Shown here in pieces: positions 14,666 through 28,786 of a DNA stretch of 64,000 bases. The translations under genes were made by a program, and so were the position numbers. The notes beneath the pieces are model-generated. The model saw only the letters and a program-made list of their open reading frames with translations, had not been told where the DNA came from and searched no databases. This DNA is from Octopus sinensis. Lineage: Eukaryota. The stretch spans positions 5,189-69,188 of the forward strand of contig NW_021835475.1 of the NCBI RefSeq assembly GCF_006345805.1. The letters are read 5' to 3'. Numbering within the stretch: the first letter of the stretch is position 1; the number at the start of each line of letters is the position of its first letter.

Positions 14666-15557
14666 TGTGTGTGAGAAAAAATAATAATCGAATAGGACTT
14701 GAAAAAGTTAATCGAAAGCGCTCACACACACACTAGGAAAAAAAACTTCTTCGAAAAAGGTTAGTAACATCCTGGTTAAAGATTTTATAACTTTTTGCTC
14801 TTTTGAATATATTTTAAAATCCCCTTTTATACTTAAAAACTGTATTGAGTAATCTTCGCAACCAACAGGCAGACATATACAGATTGCCTACCATATGCAG
14901 ACACGTGTTTTTATGTTTACGGATGCGTAAAACTGAAAGCCATAAGATACTTCAAGATTGAACGGTGTTTCCAGGTCAACTGACTGTGACGTAATACACA
15001 GTGTAACTTGCACCATAGGGGCCTCTCGACAGACGAAAGCGAGGACTTCGTCTTGACTCACCTCTTTTTCCTTTAATTTACTTGCAACCGGTTACTATAG
15101 CGACTATTTTGTTCAATTAGCAAAAGGAAGTTTATCTAATGCAAACAAATCTCTTTGTGGAATTGTGAAGAAGCGAAGAGAATACGAACGAAAGTAAACA
15201 TTACCCACAGATAAATTGACAGATAAAAACTAGAAGAAGTCTCTTTTTCTTGTCATGTCTCTTTCTTTCCGTCTCTGAAATTGTTGTCCCTCTTTCGCTC
15301 TTGTATCGCTCCACCCGCCGCCTCTTCGTCTCTCTACTTCTCTCTGTGTGCATGTATGTGTGTGTTCCTCTCTCTCTTCTCCCCCTCTCTCTCTCTTTCT
15401 GCTTTTCTCTCTCCTCTACCGCTTTCTTTCTTTGCTGCTGTTCTCTCTCTCTCTCTCTCTCTCCTACTTCTCTCTTTTTCTGTCTTTCTATCCGTCTGCT
15501 ACACACACACAAACACATTCTGTCTCTCTCTCTCTCTCTCCCCCTCTCTCTCTCCCC

Positions 15558-15625
<68 letters not shown>

Positions 15626-15890
15626 GTCTGTCTTTCTCCTCTATAGCTTTCTTTGTTGCTCTCTCTCTCTCTCTCTTTCTCCCACATCTGTCTTCCATTG
15701 TCACCCTTTCTCCGTCCCGTTGTCTCTCTTTCCCCACCTTCTGCTCTCTTCATTTAATTCTGACTCGGTCCATTTCTCTCTCTCTCTCTCTCTCTCTTAC
15801 TCTTCCTCACCCTGTATTCCTTTGTCTCATTCTGTCCATATCTCTTTCTTTCTCTTTGTCTTTCTCTCTCTTACTCACACTATATGTCCG

Positions 15891-15924
<34 letters not shown>

Positions 15925-16066
15925 TAGCCATTTCTGTCTGTCTATGTCTGTGTCTCTATCTGTCTTTCTGTCTGTCTCCCCCAGTCTGTCTGCCCGTCTG
16001 TGTGTACCCAAACATGAGTTAAGCTTTTGTTAAAATTATTGTGATGAGATTGAGTCAGACAGACGG

Positions 16067-16109
<43 letters not shown>

Positions 16110-16113
16110 CAGG

Positions 16114-16186
<73 letters not shown>

Positions 16187-16211
16187 TATAATCTATGTAA
16201 TACTAACTTAG

Positions 16212-16550
16212 TAGGCGCAGGAGTGGCTGTGTGGTAAGTTAGCACGCCGGGCGAAATGCTTAGCAGCTTTTCGTCTGACGTTACGTTCTGAGTCCAAATT
16301 CCTTTCGGGGTCGATAAATTAAGTACCAGTTATGCACTGGGGTCGATGTAATTGACTTAATCCGTTTGTCTGTCCTTGTTTGTCCCCTCTGTTTCTATCC
16401 CCTTGTGGGTAGTAAAGAAATAAGAAGCTCGCTTTCCAACCAAATGCCTCCGGGTTCAGTCCCACAGCGTGTGACCTTCGGCAAGTCTTCTATAGTCACG
16501 AGTCAACCAAAGCTTTATGAGAGGATTTGGTGGACGGAAACCGAAGAAGT
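16212..16550 (+). mobile_element. SINE family A head interrupted by a nested family B SINE (about 16239-16420)
   Basis: ...gtgtggtaag | ttagcacgccgggcg...agtaaagaaa | taagaagctcgc...; family A resumes after a repeated taag. Confidence 0.75.
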
Positions 16551-17244
16551 ACTTTATATATGTGTGTGTGTGTGTGTGTGTGCATGCGTGTGCACGCGCG
16601 CATGCGCATTCATCGATTTTTTCTCTTTTTTCACATTAAACTCCAATATAATTGAAATCTATACAAATTGAAAGGCATTTTTTAAAAATTTCATCAAAAG
16701 TTACGGGGAGGCAAAGTCAGGGCGGGGGGGGGCACATTTGCGTAGGTATGCCGAGAACGTAAGATTCATCTGTTCGTGGTCCATAAAATAAGTACCAGTT
16801 ACGCACTGGGGTCGATTTAATCGCCTTAGCCCCTTCCCCAAAGCTGCTGGCCTTGTGCCAAAATTCGAAACTAATATTCCTACCGACTGACTTCGGAGTT
16901 ATTCTTTGTTATTGATGCGGTTCTTTAATACTATGTACGCTTGTTACTTCCTGCACGTGAGATGTCATCAAACATCTTTAGTGTCCGGGGCAAATAACAC
17001 AAGAACAGCGCACAACAAAGGCAATGGAGTAAGTGAGGCTTAGGGTAAACACAGACACACGCACGCACGCACACAGAGATTCACACACGCGTACACATAA
17101 TACCTACATATATATATATGTATATGTGTGTTGTGTGTGGTGTGTGTGTGTATATATAATATATGCTAATGCATATATATACATACATATATAGATATAC
17201 ATATACGTATATATAAACATATATATATATATATATATATATAT

Positions 17245-17277
<33 letters not shown>

Positions 17278-18276
17278 TATATATATATATATTATATGTA
17301 TGTATGTATATATATATATGTATATATACATACATACATACATACACACACACATATATATATCTATATTCAGGCATTTATACGTATGAATTTTAAAAAT
17401 AACTATATATATATATGAATATATACATACGCATACACATATATAAATGTATGTATGCATGTATCACGGATTTGTTATATATTCCTTCTTTGTATCTCTA
17501 ACCCACATATCATTCCAATCACCCCCACCAATTCATAGAAAGGAAATTACAATGTCCCAACGAACTGGATGAAAAATAACCATCACGGTTTCCTCTCGAA
17601 TAATCGTTCATTTATTTGATTGCTTGTCTGGAATATTTGTCCCGTTTTCCACGAAGAAGCGTCGATGTCTGAAGATAATGTGTATCCTTAGACACAAGTC
17701 ACATCCTGGCTCACAATTCAACAAACAAACTTACCGCTACATTTATTCTTTCCGTGGTGAAATATTTCACCCCTTGGACGTTATATATTATTATATTTTT
17801 TGACGGCAGTATGTTGTAACCTGCTTATAAAAGAAACAGAAGAAAACATTGGAATCCGGGGAGTGTAGTTATGGCCCCTCATTATTTTCTCTTCCATTAT
17901 TTTTCTCCCTTCGTGCTTCGTTTTCTTTTTCTTTTTCTTTTTTTTTTCTATTCCTTATTGGGGGGGAAACTCTTATAACCTTCTGCCACCGTTCTGTCTG
18001 ATTTGTTATTTGTCCCCTTCCGCTTCCGCGTTACATTTTTCCTACATGCTTCCGTCCTATTTACGGCCATCTTGCCCGTCAGCCAGCCATCCAGCCAGGC
18101 AGTATACGCCTGCCTCGACTGCCTCCCAATCTTGCCACCTCATTTTTCCATCGAACGAAAGAACCTCCTGGAAACGTTAGATTTCTTCCCTAACTCACGG
18201 CAGACGACGAATTTTTGTATGTTGTGTGTGGTTGCGGGGGAGGGGTGCGTGCATTTATATAAATATGCATGTAATC

Positions 18277-18324
<48 letters not shown>

Positions 18325-18532
18325 ATATGAGTCTGTGTGTATGTAATACATGTACAAACACACATACACATGTACATATACTTGCATATATTTGCTTATG
18401 TAATATACTGGGGGTGGGGGTGAAAAGTACCTGGCCTTAAGGATGTCGCGAAAGGCATGGCTGGAGACCCCACCTTTGCAGTTCTTTTACAAGGCTTCGG
18501 AAAGCTGTAGGACCGCTGCAATGTGTGATATA

Positions 18533-18611
<79 letters not shown>

Positions 18612-18613
18612 TA

Positions 18614-18655
<42 letters not shown>

Positions 18656-19209
18656 CTTTCTGTGAATAAACACTAGGGTGCGTTGCGTTCTGTTACTTAA
18701 TAAATGAAAAAATGTATAGTGAATGCACAAACAGAAAACGGACACAGAATGGCAAGTTAAAAGAGATACAGTAAATGTAAAGACGAACGGAAAACAGTTT
18801 GTTTTTAACTTACCATTCTGTATCCGTTTTTGCCTGTGTATTTACTTTGCATTTTTTTACTTATATATATATATATGTGTGTGTGTGTGGTGTGTGTGTG
18901 TGTGTGTGTGATATTATACATGCATATGTGCATACTCTGATAAGATGTGTAAATTTCCACAGACACTGTATATTCCGTCACGCATAAAAGTTTATATCAA
19001 ATGTCGTTCGAAACAGTACGGCATTGAAACGGCTGTAAGGAGTATTTACATAAACTTGTACTATATTGATATCTTCATCTTTCTGCAGTGACACTACACA
19101 CACATATACGATTTAAACGATATAATACTAATAACTATATATAACTATATATACTAATAACTATATATAACTATATATATAAATAGATATATATTATATA
19201 TATATATAG

Positions 19210-19241
<32 letters not shown>

Positions 19242-19304
19242 CACATATATATATACATATATACATATATACAAGGCTAGAAGTAAGAGTCAAAACAACT
19301 CTTA

Positions 19305-19520
19305 TCCTCTTCTACTGCAGGTACAAAGCCCGAAATTTTGGGCAAGGGGGCCAGTCGATTAGATCGACCCCAGTACGTAACTGGTGCTTAATTTATCGAC
19401 CCTGAAAGGATGAAAGGCAAAGTCGACCTCGGCGGAATTTGAACTCAGAACGTAACGGCAGATGAAGTACGGCTACGCATTTCGCCCGGCGTGCTAACGT
19501 TTCTGCCAGCTCGCCTCCCT
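19305..19520 (-). mobile_element. SINE family B
   Basis: Reverse complement of ggcgagctggcagaaacgttagcacgccgggcgaaatgc...gagttcaaattccgccgaggtcgactttgcctttcatcc...ctggggtcgat. Confidence 0.8.
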
Positions 19521-20189
19521 ACACACACACACACACACCACACACACACACAACACACACACAATATCAAGAAAATAATGGCTTCTCCACACAAATTATT
19601 ACTCAACCAATCTAAGTGAATGGTATGGGCGCCAGGCAGCGAAGCAGGTTGGTGGATTGACGTTGATGACGTGCAAGGGTCTGGTTATTTCAATCTGCGA
19701 AGCGAAGGTCCACATAAAATCACCATGAGTCACTATAATACGTTTGTCGTCTGTTCCTTTCAACAAGCGAGCAATCTATAATAAATTGTTTCCGATATAA
19801 ATTAACTCTAGCTTATTAAATAAGAATTCTGAAACCTGATATTATCTGACGAAACTCTTTTTATTCATTCTTCGGAAGACTAAATACCGGAAAACGTCAT
19901 TTGGTTCCATTGAAAAGTGAACGGCGAACGACCGAAAGAAAGAGATGGATTCCGTGGTGCATGCGCGGCAACAGACATCGTGTGTAGTTTCTTTGCAATT
20001 ATTATTATTATGATAACTACTTATGATTATAGATTAAGGCTTGTTATCAGTTCTTTTCCAGAATCTGTTCAGCCGTTATTGATATGGGAAGGTTTTCAAA
20101 TATAGCTAGAGGACTCGCTTAGGTATATGAATGGGCGAGGAAGGGGAGAAAGAGAGACAGAGAAGCTGGAAGATGGATTGTCGTACGTA

Positions 20190-20235
<46 letters not shown>

Positions 20236-20340
20236 AGAGAGGGAGAGGAGAGAGAGAGAGAGAGACATACAGACAGACAGACAGAGACAGAAATTATTGT
20301 ACACACATATATATATGTGTGGTGTGTACGACATATATAT

Positions 20341-20405
<65 letters not shown>

Positions 20406-20419
20406 GTATTATATATATA

Positions 20420-20465
<46 letters not shown>

Positions 20466-20709
20466 ATATATATATAATATATAAGGTTATGAGGATAGAG
20501 AGTAACAGGTTTTAATAGTAGATCACAACAGTGTGTTTCTACACCGCACACCAGTTTAAGTTGCTGAGTTTATATTCAAAAGCCATAAATAGAGAGCAAG
20601 AGGCAGTTATGCGGATAAACAAATTAGACACAGTAAATATATCTATTTGTTTATTGCCCACAAGAGGGCTAAACATAGAGGGACAAACAAGGACAGACAA
20701 AGAGATTAA

Positions 20710-21111
20710 TTTTCCGGTATTTAGTCTTCCGAAGATGTCGTGTTAACAAAGTTTTGACATAGTTTCAATCTTTTTTGAAAAGTAATAATTTTGCATTATG
20801 TAGCTTGTTATTCTCTTTAAGTGAACATTTTTATGGTTGAAATACACCGAAAAATGGCGACACAGCAGTCAAAAAATCGTAAAACATAAGGATTTTCATA
20901 GATAAAAAAACAAAACACCTTTTTGATGTAAATAATTTTTGGTCTTAACATGGTCCGATTTGAATTTTTTCTTCTACGGAATGAAGAGCAAGCCTTCTTC
21001 TATCATACTCTCAATTTTGGTCGACTTGAGCCGCAGGGTCTCGGAGGAAATAGTGTTAGTTGAAGGCCACCAAATCTGCCACACACACAACTTCAGCTTT
21101 ATATGTATAGA
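20710..21111 (-). mobile_element. Truncated non-autonomous Helitron-like element
   Basis: Shares the terminus cacacaacttca.ctttatat.tata.ga with the 45160-45558 element; the CTAG end was not found. Confidence 0.6.
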
Positions 21112-21373
21112 CGTATATACACAAAACGAGAGAAGGCAAGGAGTGGGGATTTTCAGATGATTAATTTTTTAAGTACAACTATATGGATATTTATATAAAT
21201 AGGCCCAACTTCCACAGAGTACAAACGGCAGAGAAAATTGAAGGGGCTGAAGAAAGGTGTTATAAGTTCAACAGCTGTTTCTGGGGTGTTGAGATCCATA
21301 ATAATGTTGGTAGATGTAGTTCATCACAATATGCAGCAGTATGGATGCAATGAACATTGGGCAAGACAAGCCT

Positions 21374-24300
21374 CCCTAAAAACCGTTACATTTCCTTAAA
21401 AACCGTTACATTTCCCAAAAACCGTTACATTTCCTTAAAAACCGTTACGTTTCCCTAAAAACCGTTACATTTCCCTAAAAACCGCTACATTTCCTTAAAA
21501 ACCGTTACATTTCCCAAAAACCGTTTCATTTCCCTAAAAACCGTTACATTTCCCAAAAACCGTTTCATTTCCCTAAAAACCGTTTCATTTCCCTAAAAAC
21601 CGTTACATTTCCTTAAAACCCGTTACATTTCCCCAAAACCGTTTCATTTCCCTAAAAACCGTTACATTTCCCTAAAAACCGTTACATTTCCCAAAAACCG
21701 TTTAATTTCCCTAAAAACCGTTACATTTTCCTAAAAACCGTTACATTTCCCTAAAAACCGTTACATTTCCCAAAAACCGTTACATTTCCCTAAAAACCGT
21801 TACATTTCCTAAAAAACCGTTACATTTCCCTAAAAACCGTTACATTTCCCTAAAAACCGTTTCATTTCCCTAAAAACCGTTACATTTCCCTAAAAACCGT
21901 TACATTTCCTAAAAACCGTTACATTTCCCTAAAAACAGTTTCATTTCCCTAAAAACCGTTACATTTCCCTAAAAACCGTTACATTCCCTAAAAAAACGTT
22001 TCATTTCCCTAAAAACCGTTACATTTCCCTAAAAACCGTTACTTTCCCTAAAAACCGTTACATTTCTAAAAAACCGTTTCATTTCCCTTAAAAACCGTTA
22101 CATTTCCTAAAAACCGTTACATTTCCCTAAAAACCGTTTCATTTCCCTAAAAACCGTTACCATTTCCCTAAAAACCGTTTCATTTCCCTAAAAACCGTTA
22201 CATTTCCCTAAAAACCGTTACATTTCCCTAAAAACCGTTACATTTCCCTAAAAACCGTTTCATTTCCCTAAAAACCGTTACATTTCCCTAAAAACCGTTA
22301 CATTTCCCTAAAAACCGTTACATTTCCCTAAAAACCGTTTCATTTCCCTAAAAACCGTTACATTTCCCTAAAAACCGTTACATTTCCCTAAAAACCGTTA
22401 CATTTCCCTAAAAACCGTTTCATTTCCCTAAAAACCGTTACATTTCCCTAAAAACCGTTACATTTCCCTAAAAACCGTTACATTTCCCTAAAAACCGTTA
22501 CATTTCCCTAAAAACCGTTACATTTCCCTAAAAACCGTTACATTTCCCTAAAAACCGTTACATTTCCCTAAAAACCGTTTCATTTCCCTAAAAACCGTTA
22601 CATTTCCCTAAAAACCGTTACATTTCTTTAAAAACCGTTACATTTCCCCAAAACCGTTACATTTCCCTAAAAACCGTTACATTTCCCAAAAACCGTTACA
22701 TTTCCCTAAAAACCGTTACATTTCCCTAAAAACCGTTACATTCCCTAAAAACCGTTACTTCCCAAAAACCGTTACATTTCCCTAAAAACCGTTATATTTT
22801 CCAAAAACTGTTGACATTTCCTTAAAAACCGTTACATTTCCTTAAAAACCGTTTCATTTCCCTAAAAAAACCGTTACATTTCCCTAAAAACCGTTTACAT
22901 TTCCTAAAAACCGTTACATTCCCTAAAAACCGTTTCATTTCCCTAAAAAACCGTTTCATTTCCCTAAAAAACCGTAACATTTCCCTAAAAACCGTTACAT
23001 TTCTTTAAAAACCGTTACATTTCCCAAAACCGTTACATTCCCTAAAAACCGTTATATTTCCCAAAAACCGTTACATTTCCCTAAAAAACCGTTACATTCC
23101 CTAAAAACCGTTACATTTCCCTAAAAACGTTAATTTCCCAAAAACCGTTACATTTCCTAAAAACGTTATATTTCCCAAAAACTGTTACATTTCCTTAAAA
23201 ACCGTTACATTTCCCTAAAAACCGTTACATTTCCCAAAAAACCGTTACATTTCCCTAAAAACCGTTACATTTCCCAAAAAACCGTTACATTCCCTAAAAA
23301 ACCGTTACATTTCCTAAAAACCGTTACATTTCCCTAAAAACCGTTACATTTCCCTAAAAACCGTTTCATTTCCCTAAAAACCGTTACATTTCCCTAAAAA
23401 CCGTTACATTTCTTTAAAAACCGTTACATTTCCCCAAAACCGTTACATTTCCCTAAAAACCGTTACATTTCCCAAAAACCGTTACATTTCCCTAAAAACC
23501 GTTACATTTCCCTAAAAACCGTTACATTTCCCTAAAAACCGTTACATTTCCCAAAAACCGTTACATTTCCCTAAAAACCGTTATATTTCCCAAAAACTGT
23601 TACATTTCCTTAAAAACCGTTACATTTCCCTAAAAACCGTTACATTTCCCTAAAAACCGTTACATTTCCCTAAAAACCGTTACATTTCCCTAAAAACCGT
23701 TACATTTCCCTAAAAACCGTTACATTTCCCTAAAAACCGTTACATTTCCCTAAAAACCGTTTCATTTCCCTAAAAACCGTTACATTTCCCTAAAAACCGT
23801 TACATTTCTTAAAAACCGTTACATTTCCCCAAAACCGTTACATTTCCCTAAAAACCGTTACATTTCCCAAAAACCGTTACATTTCCCTAAAAACCGTTAC
23901 ATTTCCCTAAAAACCGTTACATTTCCCTAAAAACCGTTACATTTCCCAAAAACCGTTACATTTCCCTAAAAAACCGTATATATTCCCAAAAAACTGTTAC
24001 ATTTCCTTAAAAACCGTTACATTTCCCTAAAAAACCGTTACATTTCCCTAAAAACCGTTACATTTCCCTAAAAACCGTTACATTTCCCTAAAAACCGTTA
24101 CATTTCCCTAAAAACCGTTACATTTCCCTAAAAAACCGTTTCATTTCCCTAAAAACCGTTACATTTCCCTAAAAACCGTTTACATTTCTTTAAAAACCGT
24201 TACATTTCCCAAAACCGTTACATTTCCCTAAAAACCGTTACATTTCCAAAACCGTTACATTTCCCTAAAAAACCGTACATTTCCCTAAAAACCGTTACAT

Positions 24301-24523
24301 TTCCCTAAAAACCGTTACATTTCCCAAAAACCGTTACATTTCCCTAAAAACCGTTATAATTCCCAAAAACTGTTACATTTCCTTAAAAACCGTTACATTT
24401 CCCTAAAAACCGTTACATTTCCCAAAAACCGTTACATTTCCCTAAAAACCGTTATATTTCCCAAAAACTGTTACATTTCCTTAAAAACCATTACATTTCC
24501 CTAAAAACCGTTACATTTCCCTA
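21374..24523. repeat. 20-bp tandem satellite (CCCTAAAAACCGTTACATTT)n, about 158 copies
   Basis: Directly visible 3.15-kb array with a homogeneous core at about 22200-22620 and recurring variant monomers. Confidence 0.98.
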
Positions 24524-24896
24524 CCAATGATTAAATGATTAAATTAAAGATTAGGGGCTGGAGGTGAAAGAATTACATACAGATTCGTCAGTGTGTATTT
24601 GTGTATGTGATATATAATCAAATGTTGTCCAATGGTGACCATCCTTTCGTTTTGTCTACCTTGCATATTATCCAATGGCCTTTATTTTGAGTTAAATTGG
24701 CTGCTATGTTTAGCGAGTCGAAAGACCACATGAAGAATTCATTTTGAGCTTGTGTTTATTGCACTGTGTGTGTGTGTGTGCATGTGTGTGTGTGTTTGTG
24801 TGTGTGTGTGTTTTTGTATGTGTGTGTGAGTGTGTATGTGTTTGTTTCTACGTGTGTGTGTATGTGTGTATTTGTATGTATGTTTGTGTGTGTATT

Positions 24897-24928
<32 letters not shown>

Positions 24929-25268
24929 GTGTGTGTGTGTGTGTATGTTTGTGTGTGTTTTTGTATGTGTGTGTGAGTGTGTATGTGTTTGTTTCTACGT
25001 GTGTGTGTATGTGTGTATTTGTATGTATGTTTGTGTGTGTATTTGTGTGTGTGTGTTTGTGTGTGTGTGTGTGCATGTGTGCTGGTGAATATGTGTGTAT
25101 ATTTGTGGGTGTTTGTGCGTGTGTATGTGTGAATGTGTATATGTTTGTGTCTACGTGTGTGCGTGTATGTATGTTTGTGTGTGCATTTGAGTGTGTGTTT
25201 GTATGTGTTTGATGCTTGTGTAAGTGCGCGTGTTTGTCTTTGCGCGAGTGTGTGCATGTGTGTGTGTG

Positions 25269-25305
<37 letters not shown>

Positions 25306-26221
25306 GTGAAGAGAAAGGGGAAAAGAAGAAAGTGTGTGTGGAGCGCAGAGGATGCTGAGCGGTGTATGGCGGCGTTTTTAAGTCCGAGGTGTCCAGCACA
25401 GCGGAAGCGGCAAACGAAAATCTGTGAATCATTGGAACGGAATGTATGTGGCCGGGAAGGGGGGGGGTTGAATAAAGCCGGCGTGGCGGGTGGGGGCATG
25501 AGTGTGCGAACGGGGCCAGAGGTAGGAGTGCGGAAACCTGGCTGGAGTTTGTGGGGTGAATGGAAGGAAACCACTGATTTGGTGCATTGTGTTGAAAAAG
25601 CTGGGCTCTTTTGGCCGTGAGAGGGGTAGAGTGGCTATTTAGATAGATAAACAGAGAAGGAAGAAAACGGAAGAGGAGGAGGAGGAGGAGGAGTGGAGGG
25701 AAGGTGAGTGTTGTGATTAATGAGTGAGATATACCGATAGTGTGTGTGTGTGTCTGTGCGTTTGTTTATTGCGGGAGGGAGAGTAAGGGAGAGCAAAAAA
25801 ATATGGAGAAAAAAGGTTGAATAACAGATATCGTGAATGTAAGAGTTGTTTAGGTGAGAAATTAGGTGTAATAAGATGAGAAGGTTTTACCGAAAGTGAT
25901 GCAAATATGGACGTAGCATTTTTATTACTTGAGGTATATTGTTCAAATTACGCGTGTTGGTAGAGCATGCCCGTCGTTGAGGGGCTGCACTGAACGGGGC
26001 TACCCTCTCATTAGTCAATGGTGCACCCTAATATTTAGAAAATACACTTTCTTGAAGTCTGACTCGGATGCCCGTCGCTAAGGGGGGGAGACTGGGCGGC
26101 ACTAAACTCTCATTATTCAATGGTGCGCCACCCACAAATTTAGAAAATACAGTTTACAAAAATCTTTCTGAAGAACAAATTATAATCTGAAGCACCACAA
26201 GGCATCAAAGTCTGGTGGTGG

Positions 26222-26517
26222 CACTAGCGTAGTTAAAGGGGCCGTAGGGGCGGTCCGCCCCGGGCGGCACTTTTGGGTCTGTTGTAGGCAATATGTTTTT
26301 TGTGGGGTCTGGGATAGCAAACGGAAGGGCCGCCTCGGGCGGCATTTTTGGGTCTGTTGTGGGCAATATGTTTTTTATGGGGTCTGGGATAGCAAACTGA
26401 AGGGCCGCCCTGGGCTGCACTTTTGTGTCTGTTGTAGGCAATATGTGTTTTTTGTGGGGTCTGGGAGAAACAAAGTAAGGACTGCCCCGGGCGGCATTCA
26501 CTCTAGCTACGCTGTTG
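26222..26517. mobile_element. hAT-like MITE with internal about 75-bp tandem repeat (3+ copies)
   Basis: Degenerate TIRs cactagcgtagttaaag / ctctagctacgctgttg; flanks ggtggtgg and ggtgacgg match at 6 of 8 positions, consistent with an 8-bp TSD. Confidence 0.7.
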
Positions 26518-26859
26518 GGTGACGGGCCTTTGGTAGAGTACTTCTTCCACTATACTAAGGTACTACGATTCAGTACCGTCTCCATTACAGCCGTCGTTGA
26601 ACCCTGCTTTCGAATCTTCAGCTGTGAACCGTTAAACCCACATTGTCACTTCTATGCTGATTTGCATTGGCACCGAATAAGCAGAAATCTTTCGAATTGC
26701 ACATTAGAAGCAGCTCTATAACAATGAAACAAATTTAACTTCGTATTGCGTGCAGAAAAATCTTCAGTCTAAAATCACTTAACCTCAATTAGGCAACATT
26801 AACAAGCTTCGTTAAAATTTGCAAACTGTTAGCAATAAGAAAATGATAAATAATATCAA

Positions 26860-27300
26860 TCGTCATTGCCCGAATAGTCATAATGCCTCAACATGCTCAG
26901 GCAAGAGAAATTGTCTTGAAAAATTTATTATTTACTCAACCACACTCAAATCAAATCTTAATCCGAATAGCACGTGTTATATCGGTGTAACAATAGGTCC
27001 ATTCAAACAAAGATGTCATCATCATCTTTATACTTTCATAATATATTAGGAAGATTCGATACAAATCTTACAAAATACAGTTGGTATTTGAAAATAAAGA
27101 ATTCACCCTACAATATTTCAGAGCGTCTCTTACACTCCGCTAGTCCTTACCATCAATCGGTTTCTTTCTCGTATTTATGTATATTTGAAAAACTTATGCT
27201 GATATACAACGATCGGACATTGAATAAACATTGAATTAATTACTTCGAGCTCCCACAAGCGGCATTATCTACGAAACTTTTCACTTTGGGAATATTACGA
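26860..27300 (+). mobile_element. Penelope-like element GIY-YIG endonuclease remnant (frameshifted)
   Basis: C...NCLEKFIIY...CYIGVTIGPFKQRCHHH.YTF, then TNLTKYSWYLK...SASPY...LCIFEKLMLI...LNK across two frames. Confidence 0.8.
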
Positions 27301-27365
27301 CTGAGAATTTAAAGGTAACTTTTAATAATAATAATAATAATAATGATGATGATGATGATGATGAA

Positions 27366-27413
<48 letters not shown>

Positions 27414-27573
27414 GATGATGATAATGTAGTAATAATAACCTGTCACTACATAAATAAATATTCAGAAAGTCTTCTCCTGCTTACGCGACGGGCCATGGAG
27501 TGGGGAAAGCTAAAAATTGTAATATGATAATGTAACCTTCTGATAATAAGCACGCACGCGCGCACACACACAC

Positions 27574-27617
<44 letters not shown>

Positions 27618-27691
27618 TATATATATATATATATAGATATGTATATATATAGACAGACAGACAGACAGATAGATAGATAGACAGATAGCTT

Positions 27692-27729
<38 letters not shown>

Positions 27730-28464
27730 CAGACAGACACGAACATACATGCATACATATATACATATATACATACATACATAGAGACTTAAATATACAT
27801 GCCCTTCTTACACACACGCTATGTCAATCTGTCTGTCTCTCTCTTTCCCTCTCTTTCTCTCTCTCTATCCCTCTCTTTCCCTCTCTTTCTGTCTCTCTTT
27901 CTCCCTCTCTCTCTCATTACATCACTCTATCGCCTCATAGTTGGGTTTTTATTCCCGATCCTTCCGTTATTATACAGTACGATCTTCTTTCTCTCGTTTC
28001 TCTCCCCCCGACCAGCAATTGTCTTTTTTTCCTTTTCTCTCTCTCTCTCTCTCTCTGCAGAGTCCGGTATTTCTGGTTGAATCAAAAACATTACTCCGTT
28101 AGTCATTGGTTAAGACAAACAAACTGAACGGATTCAACAAATGCACACAAATGCACAACGAAAACGAAAACAAAACACATGCAAAAACGTAATTAAAAAC
28201 ATTGCCTAAGAAATAAAAACTTGTCAGCAGAGAGAGAGAGAGGAAGAAGGTTAGGATTTACACAAGTGATAGTACAACTACATACAGATACACACACGTG
28301 CAAACACGCACATACACACACACATATATATACACATATACATATACATACATACATACATACATACATACACAAGTCTGTGTGTATGCATATATGTATG
28401 TTTAAATTCGCATACATGCATACGCGCGCACAGACACACAGAAATACGCACACATCTAGATCCA

Positions 28465-28496
<32 letters not shown>

Positions 28497-28555
28497 CATC
28501 TATATATATACATATATATATTACATATATATATGTATATATATATATATATATG

Positions 28556-28587
<32 letters not shown>

Positions 28588-28657
28588 TATATATATTATA
28601 TATATATATGTATTAATATATACATATATATATATATATATATTATAATATATGTAT

Positions 28658-28727
<70 letters not shown>

Positions 28728-28754
28728 TATAATCTTATATATATATATATACTA

Positions 28755-28786
<32 letters not shown>

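Noticed and set aside
21374-24523. True telomere or simple interstitial (TTAGGG)n array
   Set aside because: The unit is 20 bp with a single TTAGGG and is flanked by ordinary sequence on both sides.
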